Of a DNA stretch of 64,000 nucleotides, positions 37,890 through 48,179 are shown piece after piece. Each line of letters opens with the position of its first letter. Position 1 is the first letter of the stretch. The stretch covers positions 608,001 to 672,000 of the forward strand of contig CAXXIA010000001.1 in NCBI GenBank assembly GCA_963666985.2, written 5' to 3'. The notes beneath the pieces were generated by a model, which was not told the DNA's origin, searched no databases, and worked only from the letters and a program-made list of their open reading frames with translations. This DNA comes from Spirochaetia bacterium. Its GTDB lineage: Bacteria; Spirochaetota; Spirochaetia; DSM-2461. The translations under genes were made by a program, and so were the position numbers.

Positions 37890-38936
37890 ATGAATAACCC
37901 AAAAAAATACACTTCCGGCATATTCACGGGAATCGGCGCACTTGAAACGGCGGAAATCAATTCTCGCCCTCTTAAATCACATGAAGTCGGAATCAAAAAT
38001 ATGGCCGCCGGGATCTGCGGAACGGACATCCATATTTATAACGGCGAGAAAGGATCCGCCGAGGTTCACCCTCCCATTGTTCTGGGACATGAATATTCGG
38101 GAATTGTCGTTGAGGTCGGCGCGGAGGTAACGACGCTGAATGTCGGCGATCATGTCACTATTGATCCGAATATCTACTGCGGGATTTGTCCGTACTGCCG
38201 CTCGGGAAAGAAACACCTCTGCGGCAATCTTCAAGCTGTCGGCGTAACGCAGGACGGCGGTTTTGCCGAGTACAGTATTGTTCCTGAGGCTCAGGCCTTA
38301 CGGGTTGATGAATCGGTCGCCTTTGAAGATGCCGCATTGCTGGAGCCTCTTGCCTGCTGTATCCACGGGATGGACATCGCTTCGGTCAAGCACGGAGATA
38401 CGGTTTTGATTATCGGAGCGGGCGCCATCGGTCTGATTATGCTTCAGCTGGCCAGGCTGGGCGGGGCTTCGTGTGTGATTGTCAGCGAGCCTTCGGAAAA
38501 GCGGCGGCGGAGTGCGATGGAGCTCGGTGCCGATTATGTTCTTAATCCCATCGTTGAGTCTCCCGCCGACATTCTTAATGAGCGGACGGAACGGGGAGGC
38601 GCCGATGTGGTGATTGAATGCGCCGGAGCATCGAAGGCCGCGGAGCAGGCTTTTCAAGCGGCCGCGAAGGGCGCTTCCATTCTTTTATTCAGCGTTCCGT
38701 CTCCCGATGCTTCTTTCAGCCTGCCTTTATATGATGTTTTCGGTAAAGAACTGAGAATCTTCGGTTCGTTCATCAATCCCGATACGCACCTTCGAGCCAT
38801 TGAGCTGCTGAATACAGGCCGGATTAAATTGAAAGAGTTGATATCTCATCGGTATCCGCTGGAGAGAATTGATGAAGCATTGAAAATGGCTTCATCTCCG
38901 GAATCCGTCAAAGTCGTGGTTTTGCCGAATCGCTAG
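37890..38936 (+). CDS. Zn-dependent alcohol/polyol dehydrogenase (MDR, sorbitol/threonine DH-like)
   Basis: GICGTD, LGHE, CGICPYC...C and GAGAIG motifs; AAGGAG RBS. Confidence 0.93.
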   Translation: MNNPKKYTSGIFTGIGALETAEINSRPLKSHEVGIKNMAAGICGTDIHIYNGEKGSAEVHPPIVLGHEYSGIVVEVGAEVTTLNVGDHVTIDPNIYCGICPYCRSGKKHLCGNLQAVGVTQDGGFAEYSIVPEAQALRVDESVAFEDAALLEPLACCIHGMDIASVKHGDTVLIIGAGAIGLIMLQLARLGGASCVIVSEPSEKRRRSAMELGADYVLNPIVESPADILNERTERGGADVVIECAGASKAAEQAFQAAAKGASILLFSVPSPDASFSLPLYDVFGKELRIFGSFINPDTHLRAIELLNTGRIKLKELISHRYPLERIDEALKMASSPESVKVVVLPNR

Positions 38937-39255
38937 AGGCTTTTAAAAGTTAAAATCCTCTACCGATCAAACCTTCGCGATAATCATTCCAATTTATAAT
39001 GACGACATGTTCAGCCGTCGGCAGAACATGCTATTAATCTTCCTTAAGCGCCCCTTCAAAACTGTAATGGCCGAATCATCTCTCTATAGATATAATATAA
39101 ATAAAGTAATATATCGGACTGTTTGAAAGGTCTGTAAAAGGCTGTACAAGAGCCGAATGAACGAACCGGATTGAAAAAGCTTTGTCGGAGCCGAAACAAA
39201 CGGTGTTAAAAACGCATGAGGCTTCAAAAAAACCGAGACACAAAGAGGCGATTCC

Positions 39256-40299
39256 ATGATGTCCAAAAAAATATTTTTATCGGCAGTGGCGGCCGCGTTT
39301 ACCCTCTCGCCCACACCTTCCTTTGCCAAAACGAAAGAAGCCGTTTTCGCCGGAGGATGCTTCTGGTGCATCGAATCCGCTTTCGAGGAACTCCAAGGCG
39401 TCTCTCAGGCCGTCAGCGGCTATACCGGGGGACATGTGGAGAATCCCACATATGAACAGGTCTGCACCGGCCGAACGGGACATTATGAAGCGGTGAAGAT
39501 TACCTACGACGAAGAGATTATCGGCTACGAAGATTTACTCAATGTCTTTTGGCGAAACATCGATCCCGCCGACGCTTCGGGTCAGTTCTACGACAGGGGC
39601 GATCAGTATCGAACGGCTATTTTTTACGGAAGCGAAACCGAAAAGCGTCTCGCCGAAGAATCCAAAGCCGCTCTGGAAGCATCGGGCAAATTGAATAAGC
39701 CGGTTGCCACCCAAATCCTTCCGGCCGAGACGTTCTATGAAGCGGAAGACTATCATCAGGATTATTATTGCAGACAGCCGATGCGCTATCAGGCCTATAC
39801 CGAGGGCTCGGGGCGAAAGATTTTCCTGGAGAATCTTTGGGCGGATAAGGAGTGGAACATGTATGAAAAGCCTTCCGATAGACAGCTGAAGAAAGACTTG
39901 AGTCCTCTTCAATATGACGTTACCCAGAAAGAGGGAACGGAAAGGGCCTTTACCGGGGAATACTGGAACAATCACGAAGAAGGAATCTACGTCGATGTTG
40001 TTTCCGGAGAACCGCTTTTTTCCTCAAAGGATAAATTCGATTCGGGCAGCGGCTGGCCCTCCTTCACGAGAGCCATCGACGATCAATTTCTGGTAAACCG
40101 CTCGGATCAATCTTTCGGCATGGCGCGGACCGAAGTCAGAAGCCGGTACGGCGATTCACACTTGGGACATCTTTTCGATGACGGACCGCCCGAAGAGGGG
40201 GGCCTGCGCTACTGCATCAATTCGGCTTCCCTCCGATTCATTCCCAAAGAAGACTTGAAAGCCGAGGGATACGAAGAATACCTCAAGCTGTTTGAGTAA
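39256..40299 (+). CDS. msrAB: Exported bifunctional methionine sulfoxide reductase MsrA-MsrB
   Basis: Signal peptide; [30 protein letters not shown] and RYCINS motifs. Confidence 0.96.
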   Translation: MMSKKIFLSAVAAAFTLSPTPSFAKTKEAVFAGGCFWCIESAFEELQGVSQAVSGYTGGHVENPTYEQVCTGRTGHYEAVKITYDEEIIGYEDLLNVFWRNIDPADASGQFYDRGDQYRTAIFYGSETEKRLAEESKAALEASGKLNKPVATQILPAETFYEAEDYHQDYYCRQPMRYQAYTEGSGRKIFLENLWADKEWNMYEKPSDRQLKKDLSPLQYDVTQKEGTERAFTGEYWNNHEEGIYVDVVSGEPLFSSKDKFDSGSGWPSFTRAIDDQFLVNRSDQSFGMARTEVRSRYGDSHLGHLFDDGPPEEGGLRYCINSASLRFIPKEDLKAEGYEEYLKLFE

Positions 40300-40448
40300 T
40301 CTTCAATATTTTTAGATTGACCCCGCCTGTCGGCGGCGGGGTGCGGTGCGGAATCCCATTGCGGCAAGAACGGCGCCGGCAGGCGGGGGGGAGTGCCGCC
40401 CCGTCGTGAAACAGCCGCCCGTTATCGGGACTCGCCTCGGATGAACAC

Positions 40449-41243
40449 TTGCCCAAACCGGCTCCGAAGTCTACCATCCGGCGCATGTCCGCCGTCTCAA
40501 AACGCATCGGCAGAAAAATCGACAAGGCCATCCTCCAGTTCGGAATGCTCCGGGAGAACGATCATGTTCTCATCGGCCTTTCCGGGGGAAAGGACTCTCT
40601 GGCGCTGGCGTATCACATGGCCCGTAAAGCCGCCTCAAGCCGATACCCCATTCCATTCACTGCGGAAGCCGTGCATGTCCGGACCGATTTCGCCACCTAT
40701 CCGGTCGGAGATGATTTTCTGGAAATCGTCCGCGGCTGGGGACTGAAGGTAACGGTGATCGACGTGGACGTTGAGCGGCGCCTGAAAGAAGGCTACAAGC
40801 TTAACTGCTGGTGGTGTTCCGCCCAGCGCCGATTGGAAATGGCCCATTTCTCTCAAGAAATCGGCGCGACGAAGATCGCTCTGGGACATCATCTTGAAGA
40901 CATTCTTGAAACCTTCCTGATGAATATGAGCGGGAAGGGCGAGATGTCCACGATGCTTCCGGTTATGTGCTACGACCGTTATCCGCAGACCGTCATCAGA
41001 CCCCTGGCCTGGACCCACGAAGAGGAAATTCGTGAATTCGTGGAAACCATGGGGCTTGCAAGCTTTACCTGTACATGTCCGTGGGACAGCCGCTCGCCCC
41101 GAAAGGCCGCCAGGCGCGCCTTGGAGGAACTCTCCGCGGGACGTCCCCGGGCCAAGGATTTAATGTTCCGCGCCCTCTGCAATCCCAACGGACGGTATCT
41201 GCCGGAGATTGTTTCCGAGCCTCCGGAAACTTTCAGACAATAG
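40449..41243 (+). CDS. ttcA: tRNA 2-thiocytidine synthetase TtcA family
   Basis: PP-loop SGGKDS, CWWC, GHHLED, IRPL and CTCP motifs; start uncertain. Confidence 0.88.
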   Translation: MPKPAPKSTIRRMSAVSKRIGRKIDKAILQFGMLRENDHVLIGLSGGKDSLALAYHMARKAASSRYPIPFTAEAVHVRTDFATYPVGDDFLEIVRGWGLKVTVIDVDVERRLKEGYKLNCWWCSAQRRLEMAHFSQEIGATKIALGHHLEDILETFLMNMSGKGEMSTMLPVMCYDRYPQTVIRPLAWTHEEEIREFVETMGLASFTCTCPWDSRSPRKAARRALEELSAGRPRAKDLMFRALCNPNGRYLPEIVSEPPETFRQ

Positions 41244-41410
41244 CAGCTTCTGTTTAAAACTTTTTTTACATACAGCAATCCGACCTGTTTTAAATCAAAA
41301 AATATAAATAAACCGCAGGTTTGTTATTCCAAACAAACCTTGTTTTAATTAATACTCCTCTGTAATATGGATTAATTTGGATACATTGTTGAACATTTGA
41401 GGAGAGTCCT

Positions 41411-42439
41411 TTGCCCAATTCAATGTTTCGGCCGAAAAAAGATCATCCTTATAATTTTAGTGCGTCACGAGTCGGTTTTTTTAAATCTTGTCGGCGTAAG
41501 GGCCGAGAGAAATTTACCGTCATAATGGCTTCCGATACGGGAAAACGCTCTTTATGTTTTCAAATGTCGTTTTTTACATTGTTTTTTATCGGTTTTATGT
41601 TTCTTGTTCTTCTGGCGGGATTTTTTTGGTTCTTCCTTGATTCTTCAAGGAAAGAGGTATTGTTGGCTTCCCGTTCTCACGATTTCACCGATGCCGAAGC
41701 AAGCCTTGATATCGTCAGGGATGAAGTCAATGAACTGTTATTTTCCACCGAATCATTTCGTAAAACTCTTTACTCCACTTTGGATGTACTCGGTATTGAA
41801 AATGTCTCGAATGTTCCCCGCACATCGGCCTATGGTGAAATATCGTCGCTGCTTTCCGTTAAGAGCGAGAGTATGGCCGAGATTTCCAAGCTGGAGAGTC
41901 TTCGAACCGCGCTGGATAGCTCAGTTCCTGTTTTGGATAGTTTCGGCCGGAAGTTTTACGGACAGAAAGAACTTATGGCGGACATCCCTTCCATCTGGCC
42001 TCTTAAGGATGTTCACGGGCGGGTTACATTAACCTTCGGTGTTGTTCCTAATCCTTTTACCGGATTTTGGTACATTCATCGGGGTGCCGATTTCGGATTC
42101 GGCTTGGGTGTTCCTATCGTGGCAACTGCAAACGGAACGGTGGTAAAGAAAGCATACTCACCCGACAACTATGGCTACTATATAGATATCCAGCATAAAT
42201 ACGGATTTAAAACGCGCTATGCTCATATGCAGAGGCAGCTTGTGAGTGTTGGACAAAAAGTTTCTCAAGGAGAGGTGATCGGAACCATGGGAGACTCCGG
42301 ATACGTTACGGGAGTCCATCTCCATTACGAGGTGATGCTTGCGGATCATTTGGTGGATCCCATCACTTTTCTTGACATAAGAAATGATACTTCTCTCTAT
42401 CTTGTTCCCGATTTGCGAGAAAAATTTATCGGCGAATAG
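41411..42439 (+). CDS. M23 family metallopeptidase with TM anchor and coiled coil
   Basis: PSIWP, HRGADF, TRYAHM and HLHYEV motifs; GAGGAG before TTG. Confidence 0.92.
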   Translation: MPNSMFRPKKDHPYNFSASRVGFFKSCRRKGREKFTVIMASDTGKRSLCFQMSFFTLFFIGFMFLVLLAGFFWFFLDSSRKEVLLASRSHDFTDAEASLDIVRDEVNELLFSTESFRKTLYSTLDVLGIENVSNVPRTSAYGEISSLLSVKSESMAEISKLESLRTALDSSVPVLDSFGRKFYGQKELMADIPSIWPLKDVHGRVTLTFGVVPNPFTGFWYIHRGADFGFGLGVPIVATANGTVVKKAYSPDNYGYYIDIQHKYGFKTRYAHMQRQLVSVGQKVSQGEVIGTMGDSGYVTGVHLHYEVMLADHLVDPITFLDIRNDTSLYLVPDLREKFIGE

Positions 42440-42505
42440 TTCAACGCTAATGCCCGAAGGAGCCATTGTGACAGGGCGGCGGCGAGGTCTATAATCCTGA
42501 TTTAA

Positions 42506-43804
42506 GTGGATAACATACTGATTGAACTCGATAACCGGGACATCCTGTCGCGAATGTGCGAGCGGGCTTTACTGATAGGCATCAGAGAAGACGGAGAAAC
42601 CAAAGAGTCGGCCGAAGCTCATCTGGACGAACTCGAAGGGCTGGTGGATTCCTTGGGCATTCCGACCGCCGGCACGCTCTTGGTGCATCTGCGTGAAACG
42701 AATTCCCGATGGCTCCTTGGGAAAGGCAAGGTGGAAGAGGTTTCCGCCGCCATCGATGATTTGCACGCGGATTTGGTGGTTTTCGACTGCGATTTATCCC
42801 CGGCGCAGCAGAGAAATCTCGAAAAAGAATGGGATACCGCCGTTATCGACAGACGGGAGGTTATCCTTGATATCTTCGCCGACCGGGCCTCGACTCGCGA
42901 AGCGGTCCTGCAGGTGGGTTTGGCGCGAATGCAGTACAGTCTGCCGCGTCTTACACGCGCCTGGACGCATCTTTCGCGTCAGCGCGGCGGTGCCAGAGGC
43001 AACCGGGGTAAAGGCGAAACGCAGCTGGAAACCGACCGGAGACTGGTTCTTAATAAGATAGCGGGCCTGAAGCGCGAATTGGTCAAGGTCCGGGAACAGC
43101 GGGATGTTCGGAGAAAGAAGCGGCTGGAAAATGCCGTTCCCTCCGTTTCTCTCGTGGGATATACGAACGCCGGAAAATCGTCGCTTCTGAACGCCGTCAG
43201 CGGATCGGATGTTCTTGTGGAAAACAAGCTTTTCGCCACGCTCGATCCGACCACGCGGCGCGTGGAACTGCCGGGCGGACGGGAATTCCTGATGACCGAT
43301 ACAGTCGGATTTATCCGCAAGCTTCCGCATGATCTTGTGGATGCTTTTCGCTCGACTCTGGAGGAAGCCGTTCTGGCCGATGTTATTCTGCATGTGGTGG
43401 ATTCCGGCAGTCCCGAATTGGACGATCATATCGCGGTTACCGAAAGCGTCCTGCGGGAATTGGGGGCCGGTGAAAAGCCCGTTATTCTGGTTCTCAATAA
43501 AATCGACAGTCTTGATTCCTTCGAAGCTTCGGCGCTCTCGTTCCGTTATCCGAACGGTTTGCCCGTATCCGCGATGGACGGACGCGGGATTGATGAGCTT
43601 GTGGAACGGCTCGGAAGGGAGCTTGACGCTTACCGTCCGGTTGTCGTGCTGAAGCTGCCTTTGGACCGATGGGATTTAAGAGCACGGCTTCACAAAGAAT
43701 CCACTGTTATCAATGAGGAATATGGAGCCGATGAATTACTTATAACCGTGCGTCTCGGACCTGAGGAACGGGGGCGGTTGGCGGAATATATTTGTGAAAA
43801 CTGA
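42506..43804 (+). CDS. hflX: GTPase HflX
   Basis: GETQLETDRR, GYTNAGKSS, LFATLD, DTVGFI and NKID motifs. Confidence 0.97.
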   Translation: MDNILIELDNRDILSRMCERALLIGIREDGETKESAEAHLDELEGLVDSLGIPTAGTLLVHLRETNSRWLLGKGKVEEVSAAIDDLHADLVVFDCDLSPAQQRNLEKEWDTAVIDRREVILDIFADRASTREAVLQVGLARMQYSLPRLTRAWTHLSRQRGGARGNRGKGETQLETDRRLVLNKIAGLKRELVKVREQRDVRRKKRLENAVPSVSLVGYTNAGKSSLLNAVSGSDVLVENKLFATLDPTTRRVELPGGREFLMTDTVGFIRKLPHDLVDAFRSTLEEAVLADVILHVVDSGSPELDDHIAVTESVLRELGAGEKPVILVLNKIDSLDSFEASALSFRYPNGLPVSAMDGRGIDELVERLGRELDAYRPVVVLKLPLDRWDLRARLHKESTVINEEYGADELLITVRLGPEERGRLAEYICEN

Positions 43805-45120
43805 TTTTTTGAACCGTGTAAAAATAAAAAGATCCGTCGGACATCTCTCAAGACATTGGTATCTGCTCGTTTCGTTCCTTTTCATTCTTCTTCTTTCCGT
43901 AATGAATGCCGAAAATCATGCGGGAGCCGACGTTCGGGAGCCTTCCGGAAAAACCGGCCGGGAAACACTTGTAACCGACGCCGTTACGGGGCCTTTCCCC
44001 GGAGTTGACGGTCCTCTCATCCCTGTGCGTGAAGAAACGCGGAATTTGAAATTCGGAGAGTCTCCGGCCTCGTTCCTGAGAGATTTCGGTTTTTCCGGAA
44101 CGGAAACCGTCGAGGCCGTGGAAGCTCTTTCTGCGGTTCTTGATGTAACACGCATCAGAGAAGGGCAGGAATTTACCGTCGAATTCGGAACCAACGGACG
44201 ACCCCGGGAAATCAGAATCCCCGTAAGGATTCAACCGGCTTGTCAAAGTCCATCGTGAATCCGGCCGCTGGAAGGCGGAAGAGTGCATGCTGGAATTCGA
44301 AACACGGACAATCCTGAAACGGACACAGGTGGAATCCTCCCTGTACGGCGCGGCTAAGGACGCCGGAATTCCGCTGTCCGTTATGATGGAAGCCATCGGC
44401 CTTTTCGGCTTTCAGGTTGATTTCCAAAGGGATATTCACCGGGGGAATGAAGTAACGCTTCTTTATGAAATTCTTGTGGACGACGACGGAGAAACCGTCG
44501 CGGCCGGAGAGTTGATTTACGCGCGTTTGGACCTTAATTCCCGCAGTGAGGAAGCCTGGAGATATGAGAATCTTGAAGGGAAAGCCGATTATTATGAGAA
44601 CGACGGAACCTCCGTCCGCAAAGCATTGCTGAAAACTCCGGTGGACGGCGGAAGACTTACCTCCGGATTCGGCTACAGAAAACATCCCATTCTCGGCTTT
44701 ACGGCGCTGCACCGCGGAGTTGATTTCGCCGTACCGACCGGTACGCCCGTAATGGCCGCGGGAGACGGCCGGATTATCCGTTCCGGCTGGCACGATCAAT
44801 ACGGAAACCATGTGCTGATTCGGCATGCCAATCATTACGATACGCTCTACGCTCATTTCAGCAGCATCGCTTCGGGCATGGTCGCCGGAAAAGAAGTGAC
44901 TCAAGGAACCGTTGTCGGCTATGTGGGATCAACGGGAATGTCCACCGGTCCGCATTGTCATTATGAGGTGCGCTATTACGGTTCGCCCGTGAATCCGGCG
45001 GAATTGAAGTTCCCTCCGAGTCATAAACTTTCGCCCGAAGATGATCGTCTCTTCGAACTGGAAAGGGCGGCGCTGATGTCCGAATTCGATCTGTCCGGGC
45101 CCGAAAAATACGAGGATTAG
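43794..45120 (+). pseudogene. M23/MepM-like peptidoglycan endopeptidase, +1 frameshift near 44226
   Basis: The N-terminal ORF joins GFNRLVKVHRESGRW... if one A is removed from GTAAGGATTC. The C-terminal part has HRGVDF, YAHF and HCHYEV. The 1327-bp span is 3n+1. Confidence 0.8.
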
Positions 45121-45186
45121 GATATTTGAAGCGGAAACACACACAATGGTGACATGAACGAACCTTTTGTGGGTTACAATGGTGAT

Positions 45187-45639
45187 GTGAAAAACGCTGT
45201 TTTCATCGTAGCGGTTCTTCTGGCCGCTACATCATGTACAAGTCTTTCCGACGCGAAAATCGCCGAAGCGGCCGCTGGAGTCTCCGATGATTTAAATACC
45301 GGCGATGTTGATGCTTTAACGGGAAGTTCGGGAACACCATTCCTGTTCGAAACGGAAATCCTCCCGGCTCCCGCGCAGTTAAGAGCTTTATGGGAAGCCT
45401 TGGCCGCATCCGGGTACGATTTCGGTCCGAAGGGTGAAATTACAGTTCTGAATCCAGATAAAAACACTTGGGAACGATTCTCCTCCTCCCGGGAAGTCGA
45501 AGTCTGGTTTCAAAAGCATGCGCCCGCGGATGCCGCTCTCGCCGTTGTTCCCACCGATGAGGGCCGAATCGTTCTTGTTGTCGATCGAAATAAAAAAAGC
45601 CCGACGCCGATTCGGGGGTTAAAGGTGGAACAGGAATGA
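45187..45639 (+). CDS. Hypothetical lipoprotein
   Basis: GTG start gives MKNAVFIVAVLLAATSC lipobox. Confidence 0.7.
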   Translation: MKNAVFIVAVLLAATSCTSLSDAKIAEAAAGVSDDLNTGDVDALTGSSGTPFLFETEILPAPAQLRALWEALAASGYDFGPKGEITVLNPDKNTWERFSSSREVEVWFQKHAPADAALAVVPTDEGRIVLVVDRNKKSPTPIRGLKVEQE

Positions 45640-46676
45640 ATATTCGCCTTTTAACCGCCGCCGCGTTCGCTTTAATATTCGCGGCGGTTTCGGCCGATTC
45701 CCTTTGTGCCGCGGAAGGCCGTTTGGCCTATGTTGAAGGAAACGTGATTTTGGAGAAAACCGGCGGCATTCAAAAGCCGGCGGAAATTGGAGAGAATGTC
45801 TCCGCCGGAGACACCCTTTATACGGCCTCCGACAGCCGCGCGGATCTTGAGCTGTTATCCGGCTCAACCGTGATTATCGGAGCCGACAGTGTTTTCAACG
45901 TGGGAGAAATCGCCGATTCCGAAGCGGAAACCCGGAAAAAAGGCTTTTTCCGGGTGCTCCTGGGTTCGGTCTCCTTTAAATTCAGGAATCTTACCCAAGA
46001 ACCGGAAATCGGTACGCCTCTGACGGTCTGTTCGGTTCGGGGAACCGACTTTACCGTCTATACCGCCCCGGACGGAACGTCCATGACCGTTGTTTCCGAC
46101 GGCTTGGTGGAAGTTACTTCCGGCCGGGCCGCTGCGCTGCTCTCCGCAGGCCAGGGGGTAAAGGCCGTCGTGGGACTGGGATTGGGCGAACCCTTCGAGG
46201 CAAAAAAAGGCCACATTCGATATGAGGATTTTGTTGATGAGGCCCTGACGCGAATGGATGAAGATCCTTCTCTTGTTTTAATTTCTCTTATTGATCAAAT
46301 GAAAGAATATGTTGAACAAGGGGAATTCTTTGTCGAATCTTATCGAATTAATAGAGAAAAAGTCATTGCTGTCAGGGAACAAGTGAATTCGGTTTTTGAA
46401 GATCAAGGAAAAGAAGCGGGTGAAAAGATGAGGCAAATGGAATATCTTCCCCTTCAGGAAAGAGGTCTTGATCTGGCTTTGACTTCTCGCTATTACATCC
46501 TTTCTGCTTTTATGATGAGACGATATACGTTTTCCAGTCTATACATTCATATTAGATGTAATTATTTACAAAATCCTAATGATCCAATATGGAGTGAGTT
46601 TTCTACTACATATCAGAAGTTTTTGGATATATATGACAATCGGCTTATTCCGTTGCTTGAGGAGGAAGATTTATGA
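45636..46676 (+). CDS. FecR-domain exported protein with AT-rich helical C-terminus
   Basis: VEGNV, GDTLYTASDSRADL and VCSVRGTDF...VSDGLVEV FecR motifs; ATGA overlaps at both ends. Confidence 0.85.
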   Translation: MNIRLLTAAAFALIFAAVSADSLCAAEGRLAYVEGNVILEKTGGIQKPAEIGENVSAGDTLYTASDSRADLELLSGSTVIIGADSVFNVGEIADSEAETRKKGFFRVLLGSVSFKFRNLTQEPEIGTPLTVCSVRGTDFTVYTAPDGTSMTVVSDGLVEVTSGRAAALLSAGQGVKAVVGLGLGEPFEAKKGHIRYEDFVDEALTRMDEDPSLVLISLIDQMKEYVEQGEFFVESYRINREKVIAVREQVNSVFEDQGKEAGEKMRQMEYLPLQERGLDLALTSRYYILSAFMMRRYTFSSLYIHIRCNYLQNPNDPIWSEFSTTYQKFLDIYDNRLIPLLEEEDL

Positions 46677-47110
46677 GTTTGAGAAAGGTTGTCCTTTTTG
46701 GGACCTTATTTTTATTATCTGCAGGAATAATGATTTATTCCGGGTGTACCGCTGGGATTACAAAAGAGCAGAGGATAGAAATGTTCATACAAGATATGGA
46801 ATCGGGAGCCGGTGCGAATCCAAAGGAGCATTTCAGCGGAACTGAAGATGTCCAATATATTACGGCCGCGATTTTCGAATCGTCGAATATGGATCCAAGT
46901 GATTCTGAATTCGATATAACAGATTATTCGATCAGTAATAATAATTTTTCTATCTATTTTGACAGCAGTTCCGCCAATGGCGGCTCAAATCAAACGGCAA
47001 CCGGAACTTTTACCTCTGTGAGCACAGGAATTACTGAAGATTGGTATATTCGGAATCTTTATATACCTGATTTTTCAGATAATCCTATCCCCGATGGATT
47101 AGCACCTTAA
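46673..47110 (+). CDS. Hypothetical AT-rich lipoprotein
   Basis: IYSGC lipobox; GAGGAGG RBS. Confidence 0.7.
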   Translation: MSLRKVVLFGTLFLLSAGIMIYSGCTAGITKEQRIEMFIQDMESGAGANPKEHFSGTEDVQYITAAIFESSNMDPSDSEFDITDYSISNNNFSIYFDSSSANGGSNQTATGTFTSVSTGITEDWYIRNLYIPDFSDNPIPDGLAP

Positions 47111-47149
47111 TACGGTTGTTATTTTTAATAGATTGCTATACGAAGTATT

Positions 47150-47785
47150 ATGCCTTACTTGAAAACACTTATCGCGGGTCCGTTCGGGACCAACTGCTAC
47201 CTTGTCGGAGCCGATGATACCGACAAGGTCGTTTTGATTGATGCGCCGCCCGATTGCCGCGACCAGGTGGCGCGAACCCTTCGGCAAGACAAAAAAACAC
47301 TCGCGGCTTTGCTGATCACCCATCCCCATTTCGATCATACGGTCGATACGGGTTTGTTCGCCTCCGACGGAATTCCCGTTTATGCGCATGCGGAAGCGGA
47401 GGAGGGGATTCGGAAGCCGGATACTCTGGGGCTCATCCCGTTCCCGCCGCAGGGGATTCCCGAGGAACGTGAAATTCACCGTCTCGCCGGGGGTGATGAA
47501 ATCGAATCGGCCGGTCTGAAGATACGCTGCTTCGATGTTCCGGGTCATTCAAACGGATCTCTGGCCTTTTACATACCGGACTTAAAAGCCTGCTTTGTCG
47601 GTGATGTTCTTTTTCAGGGATCGATAGGACGCACGGATTTGCCGGGCGGCGATTTTGGCGTTATTTCCGATTCCATACGGAATGTTTTGTATGTTTTAAG
47701 CGACGATACCCGTATCTATCCGGGGCATGGGCCGCAAACAACGGTGGGCGACGAGAAGCGGGGAAATCCTTTCGTAAGAGGATAG
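47150..47785 (+). CDS. MBL-fold metallohydrolase (glyoxalase II/YcbL-like)
   Basis: THPHFDH, PGHS, GDVLF..SIGRTDLPGG and YPGHG motifs. Confidence 0.93.
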   Translation: MPYLKTLIAGPFGTNCYLVGADDTDKVVLIDAPPDCRDQVARTLRQDKKTLAALLITHPHFDHTVDTGLFASDGIPVYAHAEAEEGIRKPDTLGLIPFPPQGIPEEREIHRLAGGDEIESAGLKIRCFDVPGHSNGSLAFYIPDLKACFVGDVLFQGSIGRTDLPGGDFGVISDSIRNVLYVLSDDTRIYPGHGPQTTVGDEKRGNPFVRG

Positions 47786-48101
47786 AGGGAGCGCCGCCGG
47801 CCGCCGGGAGATGCGATGGCTTCCCGGGAGATGCGGAAGACTTTCCGTTCGGCGGCGATGTCCGCCCAACAGGCGGCGGGCCTTTCTGGGCGGTATAAAC
47901 TCTATCCTGATTTTCTCCCTGTGTTAAAGCGCCTTGGAAAAGTGCCCCGGAACTCTTAAAGCGCGAAAGAGCGGGCTTATCGGAACGAATTGAGCTCGGC
48001 CGGACGGTCTATTAGCGTCTCTCCGGGAACTTCCGCCATTAAACGTTGCGGTTTTAAAAGCCGCCGCTTTATTAGAGAACTGCCGGGATACCGCACAAGT
48101 C

Positions 48102-48130
48102 TTGACCCCCCTCCCAAGCCTTCCGATAAT
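48102..48130 (+). promoter_or_regulatory. Sigma70-like promoter of metA
   Basis: TTGACC-N17-GATAAT. Confidence 0.7.
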
Positions 48131-48179
48131 GAGCCCCTAAAAGGCTGTATCAAAAAGCCTTTGGGGAAGGAGCGGCTCC

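Noticed and set aside
37543..38936. Prophage or integrative island at tRNA-Leu
   Set aside because: The tRNA 3' duplication encloses only 207 bp, and no integrase or phage genes are present.
47786..48100. SAM-I riboswitch or T-box upstream of metA
   Set aside because: No ATCAAGAG/GAGGGA core or T-box sequence is seen, and the apparent promoter lies downstream of this region.
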